Assembly (NCBI RefSeq): GCF_009914755.1
Contig: NC_060933.1
Length of the DNA stretch: 64,000 nucleotides
From: the human T2T-CHM13v2.0 reference genome, Homo sapiens
Strand: one strand, 5' to 3'
Positions 41,161 to 55,200 of this stretch are shown piece by piece. The stretch's first letter is position 1. Every line of letters begins with the position of its first letter. The notes below the pieces were generated by a model. It was not told the origin of the DNA and searched no databases. It saw only the letters and a list, made by a program, of their open reading frames with translations. The position numbers and the translations under genes are program-made.

Positions 41161-44100
41161 AATGCAAGGCAATGGAATGGAATGGAAAGGAATGGAGTGG
41201 AATCAACTCGATTGCAATGGAATGGAATGGAATGGAATGGAATGGACTGGAATGGAATTAACCGGAATAGAATGTAATGGAATGGAATGGAACGGAATGG
41301 AATGGAATGGAAGGGAATGGAATCAACACGAGTGCAGGGGAATGGAATGGAATGGAATGCAATGGAATGGAATCATCCGGAATGGAATGGAATGGAATGG
41401 AATCAACTCCATTGCAATGGAATGGAATGGAATGGAATGGAATAGAATGGAAAGGAATTAACCCGAATAGAATGGAATGCAATAGAATGGAATGCAACGG
41501 AACCGAATGGAGTGGTATGGAATGGAATGAAATCAACCCGAGTGGAATGGAAGGGAATGGAATGGAATGGAAACCAATAGAATAGAATCAACCCGAGTGG
41601 AATGGAATGGAAAGGACTGGAATGGAAAGGAATGGAATGGAATGGAATGGAATGGAATGGAATGGAATCAACGCGAGTGCAGGGGAATGGAATGGAATCG
41701 AATGGAATGGAATGCAATGGAATGGAATCAACCCGAGTGCAGGGGAATGGAATGGAACGGAATGCAATGCAATGGAATCATCCGGAATGGAATGGAAAGG
41801 AATGGAATGGAATCCTCCCGAGTGTAATGGAATGGAGTGGAATGGAATGGAATCGAATGGAACAACCCGAATGGAATGGAATGTAGTGGAGAGTAAGGGA
41901 GTTGAAAGGAATCAATCCGAATGTAATGGAATGGAATGGAACGGAATGGAATGGAATGGAATGGAATGGAATGCAATGGAATGGAATCAACCCGAGTACA
42001 ATGCAATGGAATGAAATGGAATGGAATGGAATGGAATGGAATGGAATGCAATGGAATGGAATCTTCCGGAATGGAATGGAATGGAATGGAATGGAATGGA
42101 ATGGAATGGAATGCAATGGATTCAACTCGATTGAAATGGAATGGAATAGAATGGAATGGAATGGAATGGAATGGAATGGCAAGGTACGGAATGGAATGGA
42201 ATGGAAAGAATTGGAATGGAATGGAATCGAATGGAATGGAATGGAATGGAATGGAATGGAATCAACCCGAGTGCAGGGGAATGTAATGGAACGGAATGCA
42301 ATGGAATGAAATCATCCGGAATGGAATGGAATGGAATGGAATGGAATGGAATTGAATGGAATCAACCCGAGTGCAATGGAATGGTGTGGAACGGAATGGA
42401 ATGGAATGGAACAACCCGAATGGAATGGAATGTATTGGAGAGTAAGGGAGTTGAATAGAATCAATCCGAATGGAATGGAATGGAATGGAATGGAATGGAA
42501 TGGAATGGAATGGAATGGAATGCAATGGAATGGAATCAACACGAGTACAATGGAACGGAATGGAATGTAATGGAATGGAATGGAATGGAATGGAATGGAA
42601 TCAACCCGAGTGCAATGGAATGGAGAGGAATGGAATGGAATGGAATGGAAACTACCCGAATGGAATGGAATGTAATGGAGTATAAGGGAATTGAATAGAA
42701 TCAATCCGAATGGAATGGAATGGAATGGAACGCAATGTAATGGAATGGAATGGAATGGAATCAACCCGAGTGCAGGGGAATGGAATGGAATGGAATGCAA
42801 TGGAATGGAATCATCCGGAATGGAATGGAATGGAATGCAATGGAATGGAATGGAATGGAATCAACCCGAGTGCAATGCAATGGAGTGAAATGGAATGGAA
42901 TGGAATGGAAACAACCAGAATGGATTGGAATATAATGGAGTGTAAGGGAGTTGAATAGAATCAATCCGAATGTAATGGAATGGAATGGAACGGAATGGAA
43001 TGGAATGGAATGGAATGGAATGGAATGGAATGCAATGGAATGGAATCAACCCGAGTGCAATCGAATGGAATCGAATGGAATGGAATGCAATGGAATGGAT
43101 TCAACTTGAATGGAATGGAAAGAATGGAATCAACACGAGTGGAAGGTCATGGATTGGAATGGAATGGAATGGAATCAACCCGAGTACAGGGGAATGGAAT
43201 GGAATGGAATGCAATGGAATGGAATCATCCATAATGGAATGGAAAGGAATGGAATGGAATGGAATGGAATGGAATGGAATGGAATGGAATGGAATCAACA
43301 CGATTGCAATGGAATGGAATGGAATGGAATTAACCCGAATAGAATGGAATGGAATGGAATGGAACAGAACGGAATGGAATGGAATGGAATGGAATGGAAT
43401 GGAATGGAACGGAACGGAACGGAACGGAACGGAATGGAATGGAATGGAATGGAATGGAATGGAATGGAATCAACGCGAGTGCAGGGGAATGGAATGGAAT
43501 GGAAAGCAATGGAATGGAATCTTCCGGAATGGAATGGAATGGAATGGAATGGAATGGAATGAAATGCAATGGATTCAACTCGATTGCAATGGAATGGAAT
43601 AGAATGGAACGGAATGGAATCGAATGGAATTAACCCGAATAGAATGGAGTGGAATGGAATGGAACGGAATGGAACGGAATGGAATGGAATGGAATGGAAT
43701 GGAATGGAATGCAATGGTACGGAATAGAATGGAATGGAACGAATTGTAATGGAATGGAATTGAATGGAATGGAATGGAATGGAATGGAATCAACGCGAGT
43801 GCAGGGGAATATAATGGAACGGAATGTAATGGAATGGAATCATCCGGAATGGAATGGAATGGAATGGAATGGAATGGAATCAACCCGAGTGCAATGGAAT
43901 GGAGTGTAATGGAGTGGAATGGAATGGAACAACCCGAATGGAATGGAATGTAATGGAGATTAAGGGAGTTGAATAGAATCAATCCGAACGTAATGGAATA
44001 GAATGCAACGGAATGGAATGGAATGGAATGGAATGGAATGGAATGGAATCAACCCGAGTGCAATGGAATGGAGTGGAATGGAATGGAATGGAATGGAACA

Positions 44101-46254
44101 ACCCGAATGGAATCGAATGTAATGGAGAGTAAGGGAGTTGAACAGAATCAATCCGAATGTAATGGAATGGAATGGAACGGAATGGAATTGAATGGAATGG
44201 AATGGAATGCAATGGAATGGAATGGAATAGAATGGAATGGAACAAAATGGAATGGAACGAAATGGAATGGAATGGAATGGAATGGGATGGAATGGAATGG
44301 AATCGTTCCGAGTGGAATAGGAGGGAATGTATTCGAGTGGAATGGAAAGGAATGGAATCAACGAGAGTGGAATGGAAGGGAATGGTATGGAATGGAAACT
44401 AATAGAATGGAATCAACCCGAGTGGAATGGAATGGAAAGGACTGGAATGGAATGGAATGGAATGGAATCAACTCGATTGTAATGGAATGGAATGGAATGG
44501 AATGGAATGGAATGGAATGGAATCAACCCGAGTGCAATGGAATGCAGTGGAATGGAATGGAATGGAATGGAACAACCCGAATGGCATGGAATGTAATGGA
44601 GAGTAAGGGAGTTGAATAGAATCAATCCGAATGTAATGGAATGGAATGGAACGGAATGGAATTGAATGGAATGGAATGGAATGCAATGGAATGGAATCAA
44701 CGCGAGTGCAATGGAATGGAGAGGAATGGAATGGAATGGAATGGAAACTACCCGAATGGAATGGAATGTAATGGAGTGTAAGGGAATTGAATAGAATGAA
44801 TCCGAATGTAATGTAATGGAATGGAATGGAATGGAATGGAATGGAACGGAATGGAATGTAATGGAATGGAATGGAATCAACTCGATTGCAATCGAATGGA
44901 ATGGAATGGAATTAACCCGAATAGAATGGAATGGAATGGAATGGAACCGAACGGAATGGAATGGAATGGAATGGAATGGAATGGAATGGAATGGAACCGA
45001 ACGGAATGGAATGGAATGGAATGGAATGGAATCAACTCGAGTGCAGGGGAATGGAATGGAATGGAATACAATGGAATGAATCTTCCGGAATGGAATGGAA
45101 TGGAATGGAATGGAATGAAATGCAATGGATTCAACTCGAATGCAATGGAATGGAATGGAATGGAATCAAACCGAGTGCAATGGAATGGAGTGAAATGGAA
45201 TGGAATGGAATGGAAACAACCAGAATGGATGGGAATATAATGGAGTGTAAGGGAATTGAATAGAATCAATCTGAATGTAATGAAATGGAATGGAACGCAA
45301 TGGAATGGAATGGAATGGAATCGAATGGAATGGAATGGAATGGAATCAACCGGAGTTCAGTGGAATGGATTCGAATGGAATGGAATGGAGTGGAATGGAC
45401 TCAACTTGAACGGAATGGAAAGAATGGAATCAACACGAGTGGAATGGATTGGAATGGAATGGAATGGAATGGAATGGTTCGGAATAGAATGGATTGGAAC
45501 AAAATGGAATGGAATGGAATGAAATGGAATGGAATGGAATGGAATGGAATGGAATGGAATCAAGTCGATTGCAATGGAATAGAATGGAATGGAATGGAAC
45601 GGATTGGAATGGAATGGAATTGAATGGAATGGAATGGAATTAAATGGAATTGAAAGGAATGGAATCAACCTGAGTGCAGGGGAAAGGAATGGAATGGAAT
45701 GCAATGGAATGGAATGGAATCAACCCGAGTGCAGGGAAATGTAATGGAACGGAATGCAATGGAATGGAATCATCCGGAATGGAATGGAATGGAATGGAAT
45801 GGAATGGAATGGAATGGAATCAACCAGAGTGCAATGGAATGGAGTGGAAAGGAATGAAAGGAATGGAACAACCCGAATGGAATGGAATGTAATTGAGAGT
45901 AAGGGAGTTGAATAGAATCAATCCGAATGTAATGGAATGGAAAGGAATGGAATGGAATGGAATGGAATGGAATGGAATGGAATGGAATGGAATCAACCCG
46001 AGTACAATGGAACGGAATGGAATGGAAGGTAATGTAATGTAATGGAATGAAATGGAATGGAATGGAATGGAATGGAATCAACCCGAGTGCAATGGAATGG
46101 AGAGGAATGGAATGGAATGGAATGGAAACTACCCGAATGAAATGGAATGTAATGGAGTGTAAGGGAATTGAATAGAATCAATCCGAATGGAATAGAATGG
46201 AATGGAACGGAATGTAATGGAATGGAATGGAATGGAATCAACCCGAGTGCAGGG

Positions 46255-49200
46255 GAATGGAATGGAATGGAATGCAATGGAATGGAATCATCCGTAATGG
46301 AATGGAAAGGAATGGAATGGAATGCAATAGAATGGAATGGAATCAACTCGATTGCAATCGAATGGAATGGAATGGAATTAACCCGAATAGAATGGAATGG
46401 AATGGAATGGAACGGAACGGAACGGAATGGAATGGATTGGAATGGAATGGAATGGAATGGAACGGAATGGAATGGAATGGAATAGAATGGAATGGAATGG
46501 AATGGAATGGAATGGAATGGAATGGAATCAACGCGAGTGCAGGGGAATGGAATGGAATGGAATGCAATGTAATGGAATCTTCCGGAATGGAATGGAATGG
46601 AATGGCATGGAATGGAATGGAATGGAATGGAATGGAATAAACCCGAGTGCAATGGAATGGAGTGGAATGGAATGGAAAGGAATGGAACAACCCGAATGGA
46701 ATGGAATGTAATGGAGAGTAAGGGAGTTGAATAAAATCAATCCGAATGTAATGGAATGGAATGGAACGGAATGGAATTGAATGGAATGGAATGGAATGCA
46801 ATGGAATGGAATCAACCCGAGTTCAATGGAATGGAGAGGAATGGAATGGAATGGAATGGAAACTACCCGAATGGAATGGAATGTAATGGAGTGTAAGGGA
46901 ATTGAATAGAATCAATCCGAATGTAATGGAATGGAATGGAACGGAATGGAATGGAATGGAATGGAATGGAATGCAATGGAATGGAATGGAATGGAATGCA
47001 ATGGAATGGAATCAACCCGAGTGCAATCGAATGGAATCGAATGGAATGGCATGCAATGGAATGGATTCAACTTGAATGGAATGGAAAGAATGGAATCAAC
47101 ACGAGTGGAATGGCATGGATTGGAATGGAATGGAATGGAATCAACCCGAGTACAGGGGAATGGAATGGAATGGAATGCAATGGAATGGAATCATCCGTAA
47201 TGGAATGGAAAGGAATGGAATGGAATGGAATGGAATGGAATGGAATGGAATCAACTCGAATGCAATGGAATGGAATGGAATGGAATTAACCCGAATAGAA
47301 TGGAATGGAATGGAATGGAATGGAACGGAACGGAATGGAATGGAAGGGAATGGAATGGAATGGAACGGAACGGAACGGAATGGATGGAGTGCAATGGAAT
47401 GGAATGGAATGGAATCAACGCGAGTGCAGGGGAATGGAATGGAATGGAATGCAATGGAATGGAATCTTCCGGAATGGAATGGAATGGAATGGAATGGAAT
47501 GGAATGAAATCCAATGGATTCAACTCGATTGCAATGGAATGGAATAGAACGGAATGGAATAGAATTAACCCGAATAGAATGGAATGGAATGCAATGGAAC
47601 GGAATGGAACGGAATGGAATGGAATGGAATGGGATGGAATGGAATGGAATGGTATGGAATGGAATGGAATGGTACGGAATAGAATGGAATGGAACGAATT
47701 GTAATGGAATGGAATTGAATGGAATGGAATGGAATGGAATGGAATAAACGCGAGTGCAGGGGAATATAATGGAACGGAATGCAATGGAAAGGAATCATCC
47801 GGAATGGAATGGAATGGAATGGAATGGAATGGAATGGAATCAACCCGAGTGCAATGGAATGGAGTGCAATGGAATGGAATGGAATGGAACAACCCGAATG
47901 GAATGGAATGTAATGGAGAATAAGGGAGTTGAATAGAATCAATCCGAACGTAATGGAATGGAATGCAACGGAATGGAATGCAATGGAATGGAATGGAATG
48001 GAATGGAATCAACCCGAGTGCAATGGAATGGAGTGGAATGGAATGGAATGGAATGGAACAACCCGAATGGAATCGAATGTAATGGAGAGTAAGGGAGTTG
48101 AATACAATCAATCCGAATGTAATGCAATGGAATGGAACGGAATGGAATTGAATGGAATGGAATGGAATGCAATGGAATGGAATCAACCCGAGTGCAATGG
48201 AATGGAGAGGAATGGAATGGAATGGAATGGAAACTACCCGAATGGAATGGAATGTAATGGAGTGTAAGGGGATTGAATAGAATCAATCCGAATGGAATGG
48301 AATGGAATGGAACGGAATGGAATGGAATGGAATGGAATGGAACGGAATGGAATTGAATGGAATGGAGTGGAATGGAATGGAATGGAATGGAAAATTCCGA
48401 ATGGATTGTAATGTAATGGAGAGTAAGGGAGTTGAAAACAATGAATCCGAATGTAATGGAATGGAACGGAATGGAATGGAACGGAATGGAATGGAACGGA
48501 ATGGAATGGAATGGAATGGAATAGAATGGAATGGAACGAAATGGAATGGAACGAAATGGAATGGAATGGAATGGAATGGAATGAGATGGAATGGAATGGA
48601 ATCGTTCCGAGTGGAATAGGAGGGAAAGTATTCGAGTGGAATGGAAAGGAATGGAATCAACCAGAAGGGAATGCAATGGAATGGAAACTAATAGAATGGA
48701 ATCAACCCGAGTGGAATGGAGTGGAAAGGACTGGAATGGAATGGAATGGAATGGAATCAACTCGATTGTAATGGAATGGAATGGAATGGAATGGAATGGA
48801 ATGGAATGGAATGGAATCAACCCGAGTGCAATGGAATGGAGTGGAATGGAATGGAATGGAATGGAACAACCCGAATGGAATGGAATGTAATGGAGAGTAA
48901 GGGAGTTGAATAGAATCAATCCGAATGTAATGGAATGGAATGGAACGGAATGGAATTGAATGGAATGGAATGGAATGCAATGGAATTGAATCAACGCGAG
49001 TGCAATGGAATGGAGAGGAATGGAATGGAATGGAATGGAAACTACCCGAATGGAATGGAATGTAATGGAATGGAATGCAAAGGAATGGAATCAACCCGAG
49101 TGGAATGGCATGGAATGGAACGAAATGGAATGGAATGGAATGGAATCAACTCGAGTGGAAAGGAATGGAATGGAATGGAAAGGAATGGAATGAAATCAAC

Positions 49201-52200
49201 TCGAGTGGAATGGAATGGAATGGAATAGATTGGAATGGATTGCAACGGAATGAAATGGAATGGAATGGAATGGAATCTATCATTCCGAGTGGATTGTAAG
49301 GGAATGTAATGGAGTGGAAAGAAGGGAACGGAATCAACCTGATTGGGATGCAAGGCAATGGAATGGAATGGAAAGGAATGGAATGGAATCAACTCGATTG
49401 CAAAGGAATGGAATGGAATGGAATGGAATGGAATGGAATGGAATTAACCGGAATAGAATGGAATGCAATGGAATGGAACGGAATGGAATGGAATGGAAGG
49501 TAATAGAATCAACACGAGTGCAGGGGAATGGAATGGAATGGAATGCAATGGAATGGAATCATCCGGAATGGAATGGAATGGAATGGAATCAACTCCATTG
49601 CAATGGAATGGAATGGAATAGAATGGAATGGAATTAACCCGAATAGAATGGAATGCAATAGAATGGAATGGAACGGAACCGAATGGAGTGGAATGGAATG
49701 GAATGGAATCAACCTGAGTGCAGGGGAATGGAATGGAATGGAATGCAATGGAATGGAATCATCCGGAATGGAATGGAATGGAATGGAATGGAATCAAACC
49801 GAGTGCAATGGAATGGAGTGAAATGGAATGGAATGGAATGGAAACAACCAGAATGGATTGGAATATAATGGAGTGTAAGGAAATTGAATAGAATCAATTT
49901 GAATGTAATGAAATGTAATCGAACGGAATGGAATGGAATGGAATTGAATCGAATGGAATGGAATGGAATGGAATCAACCCGAGTGCAATGGAATGGATTC
50001 GAATGGAATGGAATGGAGTGGATTGGATTCTACCCGAATGGAATGGAAAGGAATAGAATCAACCCGAGTGGAATGGCATGGAATGGAATGGAATGGAATG
50101 GAATGGAATGGAATGGAATGGTTCGGAATAGAATGGATTGGAACAAAATGGAATGGAATGGAATGGAATGGAATGGAATAGAATGGAATGGAATGGAATG
50201 GAATCAAGTCGATTGCAATGGAATAGAATGGAATGGAATGGAACGGATTGGAATGGAATGGAATGGAATGGAATTAAATGGAATGGAATGGAATGGAATC
50301 AACCCGAGTGCAGGGGAAAGGAACGGAATGGAATGCAATGGAATGGAATCAACCCGAGTGGAATGGCATGGAATGGAATGCAATGGAATGGAATGGAATG
50401 GAATCAACTCGAGTGGAAAGGAATGGAATGGAATGGAAAGGAATGGAAGGAAATCAACTCGAGTGGAATGGAACGGAATTGAATGGATTGGAATGGATTG
50501 CAATGGAATGAAATCGAATGCAATGGAATGGAATCAATCATTCCGAGTGGAATGGAAGGGAAAGTAATGGAGTGGAAAGAAGGGAATGGAATCAACCCGA
50601 GTGGAATGCAAGGCAATGGAATGGAATGGAAAGGAATGGAATGTAATCAACTCGATTGCAAAGGAATGGAATGGAATGGAATGGAATGGAATGGAAAGGA
50701 ATGGAATCAACTCGATTGCAATCGAATGGAATGGAATGGAATGGAATTAACCCGAATAGAATGGAATGGTATGGAATGGAACGGAACGGAATGGAATGGA
50801 ACGGAATGGAATGGAACGGAACGGAATTTAATGGAATGGAATGGAATGGAATGGAATGGAATCAACGCGAGTGCAGCGGAATGGAATGGAATGGAATGCA
50901 ATGGAATGGAATCTTCCGGAATGGAATGGAATGGTATGGAATGGAATGAAATGCAATGGATTCAACTCGATTGCAATGCAATGGAATAGAATGGAATGGA
51001 ATGGAATGGAATGGAATTAATTCGAATAGAATGGAATGGAATGGAATGGAACGGAATGTAACGGAATGGAATGGAATGGAATGGAATGGAATGGAATGGT
51101 ATGGAATGGAATGGAATGGTACGGAATAGAATGGAATGGAACGAATTGTAATGGAATGGAATTGAATGGAATGGAATGGAATGGAATGGAATCAACGCGA
51201 GTGCAGGGGAATGTAATGGAACGGAATGCAATGGAATGGAATCATCCGGAATGGAATGGAATGGAATGGAATGGAATGGAATGGAATGGAATCAACCCGA
51301 GTGCAATGGAATGGAGTGGAATGGAATGGAATGGAATGGAAAAACCTGAATGGAATTGAATGTAATGGAGAGTAAGGGAGTTGAATAGAATCAATCCGAA
51401 TGTAATGGAATGGAATGCAACGGAATGGAATGGAATGGAATGGAATGGAATGCAATGGAATGGAATCAACCCGAGTACAATGGAATGGAATGGAATGGAA
51501 TGGAATGGAATGGAATGGAATGGAATGGAATGCAATGATACGGAATAGAATGGAATGGAACGAAATGGAATGGAATGGAATGGAATGGAATGGAATGGAA
51601 TGGAATGGAATGGAATCGTTCCGAGTGGAATAGGAGGGAATGTATTCGAGTGGAATGGAAAGGAATGGAATCAACCAGAGTGGAATGGAAGGGAATGGAA
51701 TGGAATGGAAACTAATAGAATGGAATCAACCCGAGAGGAATGGAATGGAAAGGACTGGAATGGAATGGAATGGAATGGAATCAACTCCATTGTAATGGAA
51801 TGGAATGGAATGGAATGGAATGGAATGGAATGGAATTAACCCGAATACAATGCAATGGAATGGAATGGAATGGAATGGAGTGGAATGAAACGGAATCATC
51901 CCGAGTGCAGGGGAATGGAATGCAATGGAATGCAATGGAAAGGAATCATCCGGAATGGAATGGAATGCAATGGAATGCAAAGCAATGGAATCAACTCGAT
52001 TGCAATGGAATGGAATGGAATGGAAAGGAATACATTGGAATCAACCCGAGTGGAATGGAAAGGAAAGGACTGGAATGGAGTGGAATGGAATGGAATGGAA
52101 TGGAATGGAATCAACTCGATTGGAATGGAATGGAATGGAATGGAATTAACCCGAATACAATGGAATGGAATGGAATGGAACGGAACGGAATGGAATGGAA

Positions 52201-55200
52201 TGGAATGGAATGGAATGGAATGGAATGGAAACAACCCGACTGCCGGGGAATGGAATGGAATGGAATGCAATGGAATGGATTCAACTTGAATGGAATGGAA
52301 AGAATGGAATCAACAGCAGTGGAATGGCATGGATTGGAATGGAATGGAATGGAATCAACCCGAGTACAGGGGAATGGAATGGAATGGAATGCAATGGAAT
52401 GGAATCATCCGTAATGGAATGGAAAGGAATGGAATGGAATGGAATGGAATGGAATGGAATGGAATGGAATGGAATCAACTCGATTGCAATCGAATGGAAT
52501 GGAATGGAATTAACCCAAACAGAATGGAATGGAATGGAATGGAACGGAACGGAACGGAATGGAATGGATTGCAATGGAATGGAATGGAATGGAACGGAAA
52601 GGAATGGAATGGAATGGAATGGAATGGAATGGAATGGAACCAACGCGAGTGGAGGGGAATGGAATGGAATGGAATGCAATGGAATGGAATCTTCTGGAAT
52701 GGAATGGAATGGAATGGAATGGAATGGAATGGAATGGAATGGAATAAACCCGAGTGCAATGGAATGGAGTGGAATGGAATGGAATGGAATGGAACAACCC
52801 GAATGGAATGGAATGTAATGGAGAGTAAGGGAGTTGAATAGAATCAATCCGAATGTTATGGAATGGAATGGAACGGAATGGAATTGAATGGAATGGAATG
52901 GAATGCAATGGAATGGAATCAACCCGAGTTCAATGGAATGGAGAGGAATGGAATGGAATGGAATGGAAACTACCCGAATGGAATGGAATGGAATGGAGTG
53001 TAAGGGAATTGAATAGAATCAATCCGAATGTAATGGAATGGAATGGAACGGAATGGAATGGAATGGAATGGAATGGAATGCAATGGAATGGAATGCAATG
53101 GAATGGATTCAACTTGAATGGAATGGAAAGAATGGAATCAACACGAGTGGAATGGCATGGATTGGAATGGAATGGAATGGAATCAACCCGAGTACAGGGG
53201 AATGGAATGGAACGGAATGCAATGGAATGGAATCATCCGTAATGGAATGGAAAGGAATGGAATGGAATGGAATGGAATGGAATGGAATGGAATGGAATGG
53301 AATCAACTCGATTGCAATCGAATGGAATGGAATGGAATTAACCCGAATAGAATGGAATGGAATGGAATGGAACGGAACGGAATGGAATGGAATGGAATGG
53401 AACGGAAAGGAAGGGATTGGAAGGGAATAGAATGGAATGGAATGGAATCAACGCGAGTGCAGGGGAATGGAATGGAATGGAATGCAATGGAATGGAATCT
53501 TCCGGAATGGAATGGAATGGAATGGAATGGAATGGAATGGAATGGAATCAACCCGAGTGCAATGGAATAGAGTGGAATGGAATGGAATGGAATGGAACAC
53601 CCGAATGGAATGGAATGTAATGGAGAGTAAGGGAGTTGAAAAGAATCATTCCGAATGTAATGGAATGGAATGGAACGGAATGGAATGGAATGGAATGGAA
53701 TCAACCCGAGTGCAATGGAATGGAGAGGAATGGAATGGAATGGAATGGAAACTACCCGAATGGAATGGAATGGAATGGAGTGTAAGGGAATTGAATAGAA
53801 TCAATCCGAATGGAATGGAAAGAAATGGAACGGAATGTAATGTAATGGAATGGAATGGAATCAACCCGAGTGCAGGGGAATGGAATGGAATGGAATGCAA
53901 TGGAATGGAATCATCCGGAATGGAATGGAATGCAATGCAATGGAATGGAATGGAATGGAATCAACCCGATTGCAATGGAATGGAGTGAAATGGAATGGAA
54001 TGGAATGGAGACAACCAGAATGGATTGGAATATAATGGAGTGTAAGGGAATTGAATAGAATCAATCTGAATGTAATGAAATGGAATGGAACGGAATGGAA
54101 TGGAATGGAATGCAATGGAATGGAATCAACCCGAGTGCAATCGAATGGAATCGAATGGAATGGAATGCAATGGAATGGATTCAACTTGAATGGAATGGAA
54201 AGAATGGAATCAACACGAGTGGAATGGCATGGATTGGAATGGAATGGAATGGAATCAACCCGAGTATAGGGGAATGGAATGGTATGGAATGCAATGGAAT
54301 GGAATCATCCGTAATGGAATGGAAAGCAATGGAATGGAATGGAATGGAATAGAATGGAATGGAATCAACTCGATTGCAATCGAATGGAATGGAATGGAAT
54401 TAACCCGAATAGAATGGAATGGAATGGAATGGAACGGAACGGAATGGAATGGAATGGAATGGAATGGAATGGAATGGAACGGAAAGGAAGGGAATGGAAT
54501 GGAATAGAATGGAATGGAATGGAATCAACGCGAGTGGAGGGGAATGGAATGGAATGGAATGCAATGGAATGGAATCTTCCGGAATGGAATGGAATGGAAT
54601 GGAATGGAATGGAATGGAATGGAATGGAATCAACCCGAGTGCAATGGAATGGAGTGGAATGGAATGGAATGGAATGGAACAACCCGAATGGAATGGAATG
54701 TAATGGAGAGTAAGGGAGTTGAATAGAATCAATCCGAATGAAATGTAATGGAATGGAACGGAATGGAATTGAATGGAATGGAATGGAATGCAATGGAATG
54801 GAATCAACCCGAGTGCAATGGAATGGAGAGGAATGGAATGGAATGGAATGGAAACTACCCAAATGGAATGGAATGTAATGGAGTGTAAGGGAATTGAATA
54901 GAATCAATCCGAATGTAATGGAAGGGAATGGAACGGAATGGAATGGAATGGAATGGAATGGAATGGAATACAATGGAATGGAATCAAACCGAGTGCAATC
55001 GAATGGAATCGAATGGAATGGAATGCAATGGAATGGATTCAACTTGAATGGAATGGAAAGAATGGAATCAACACGAGTGGAATGGCATGGATTGGAATGG
55101 AATGGAATGGAATCAACCCGAATACAGGGGAATGGAATGGAATGGAATGCAATGGAATGGAATCATCCGTAATGGAATGGAAAGGAATGGAATGGAATGG

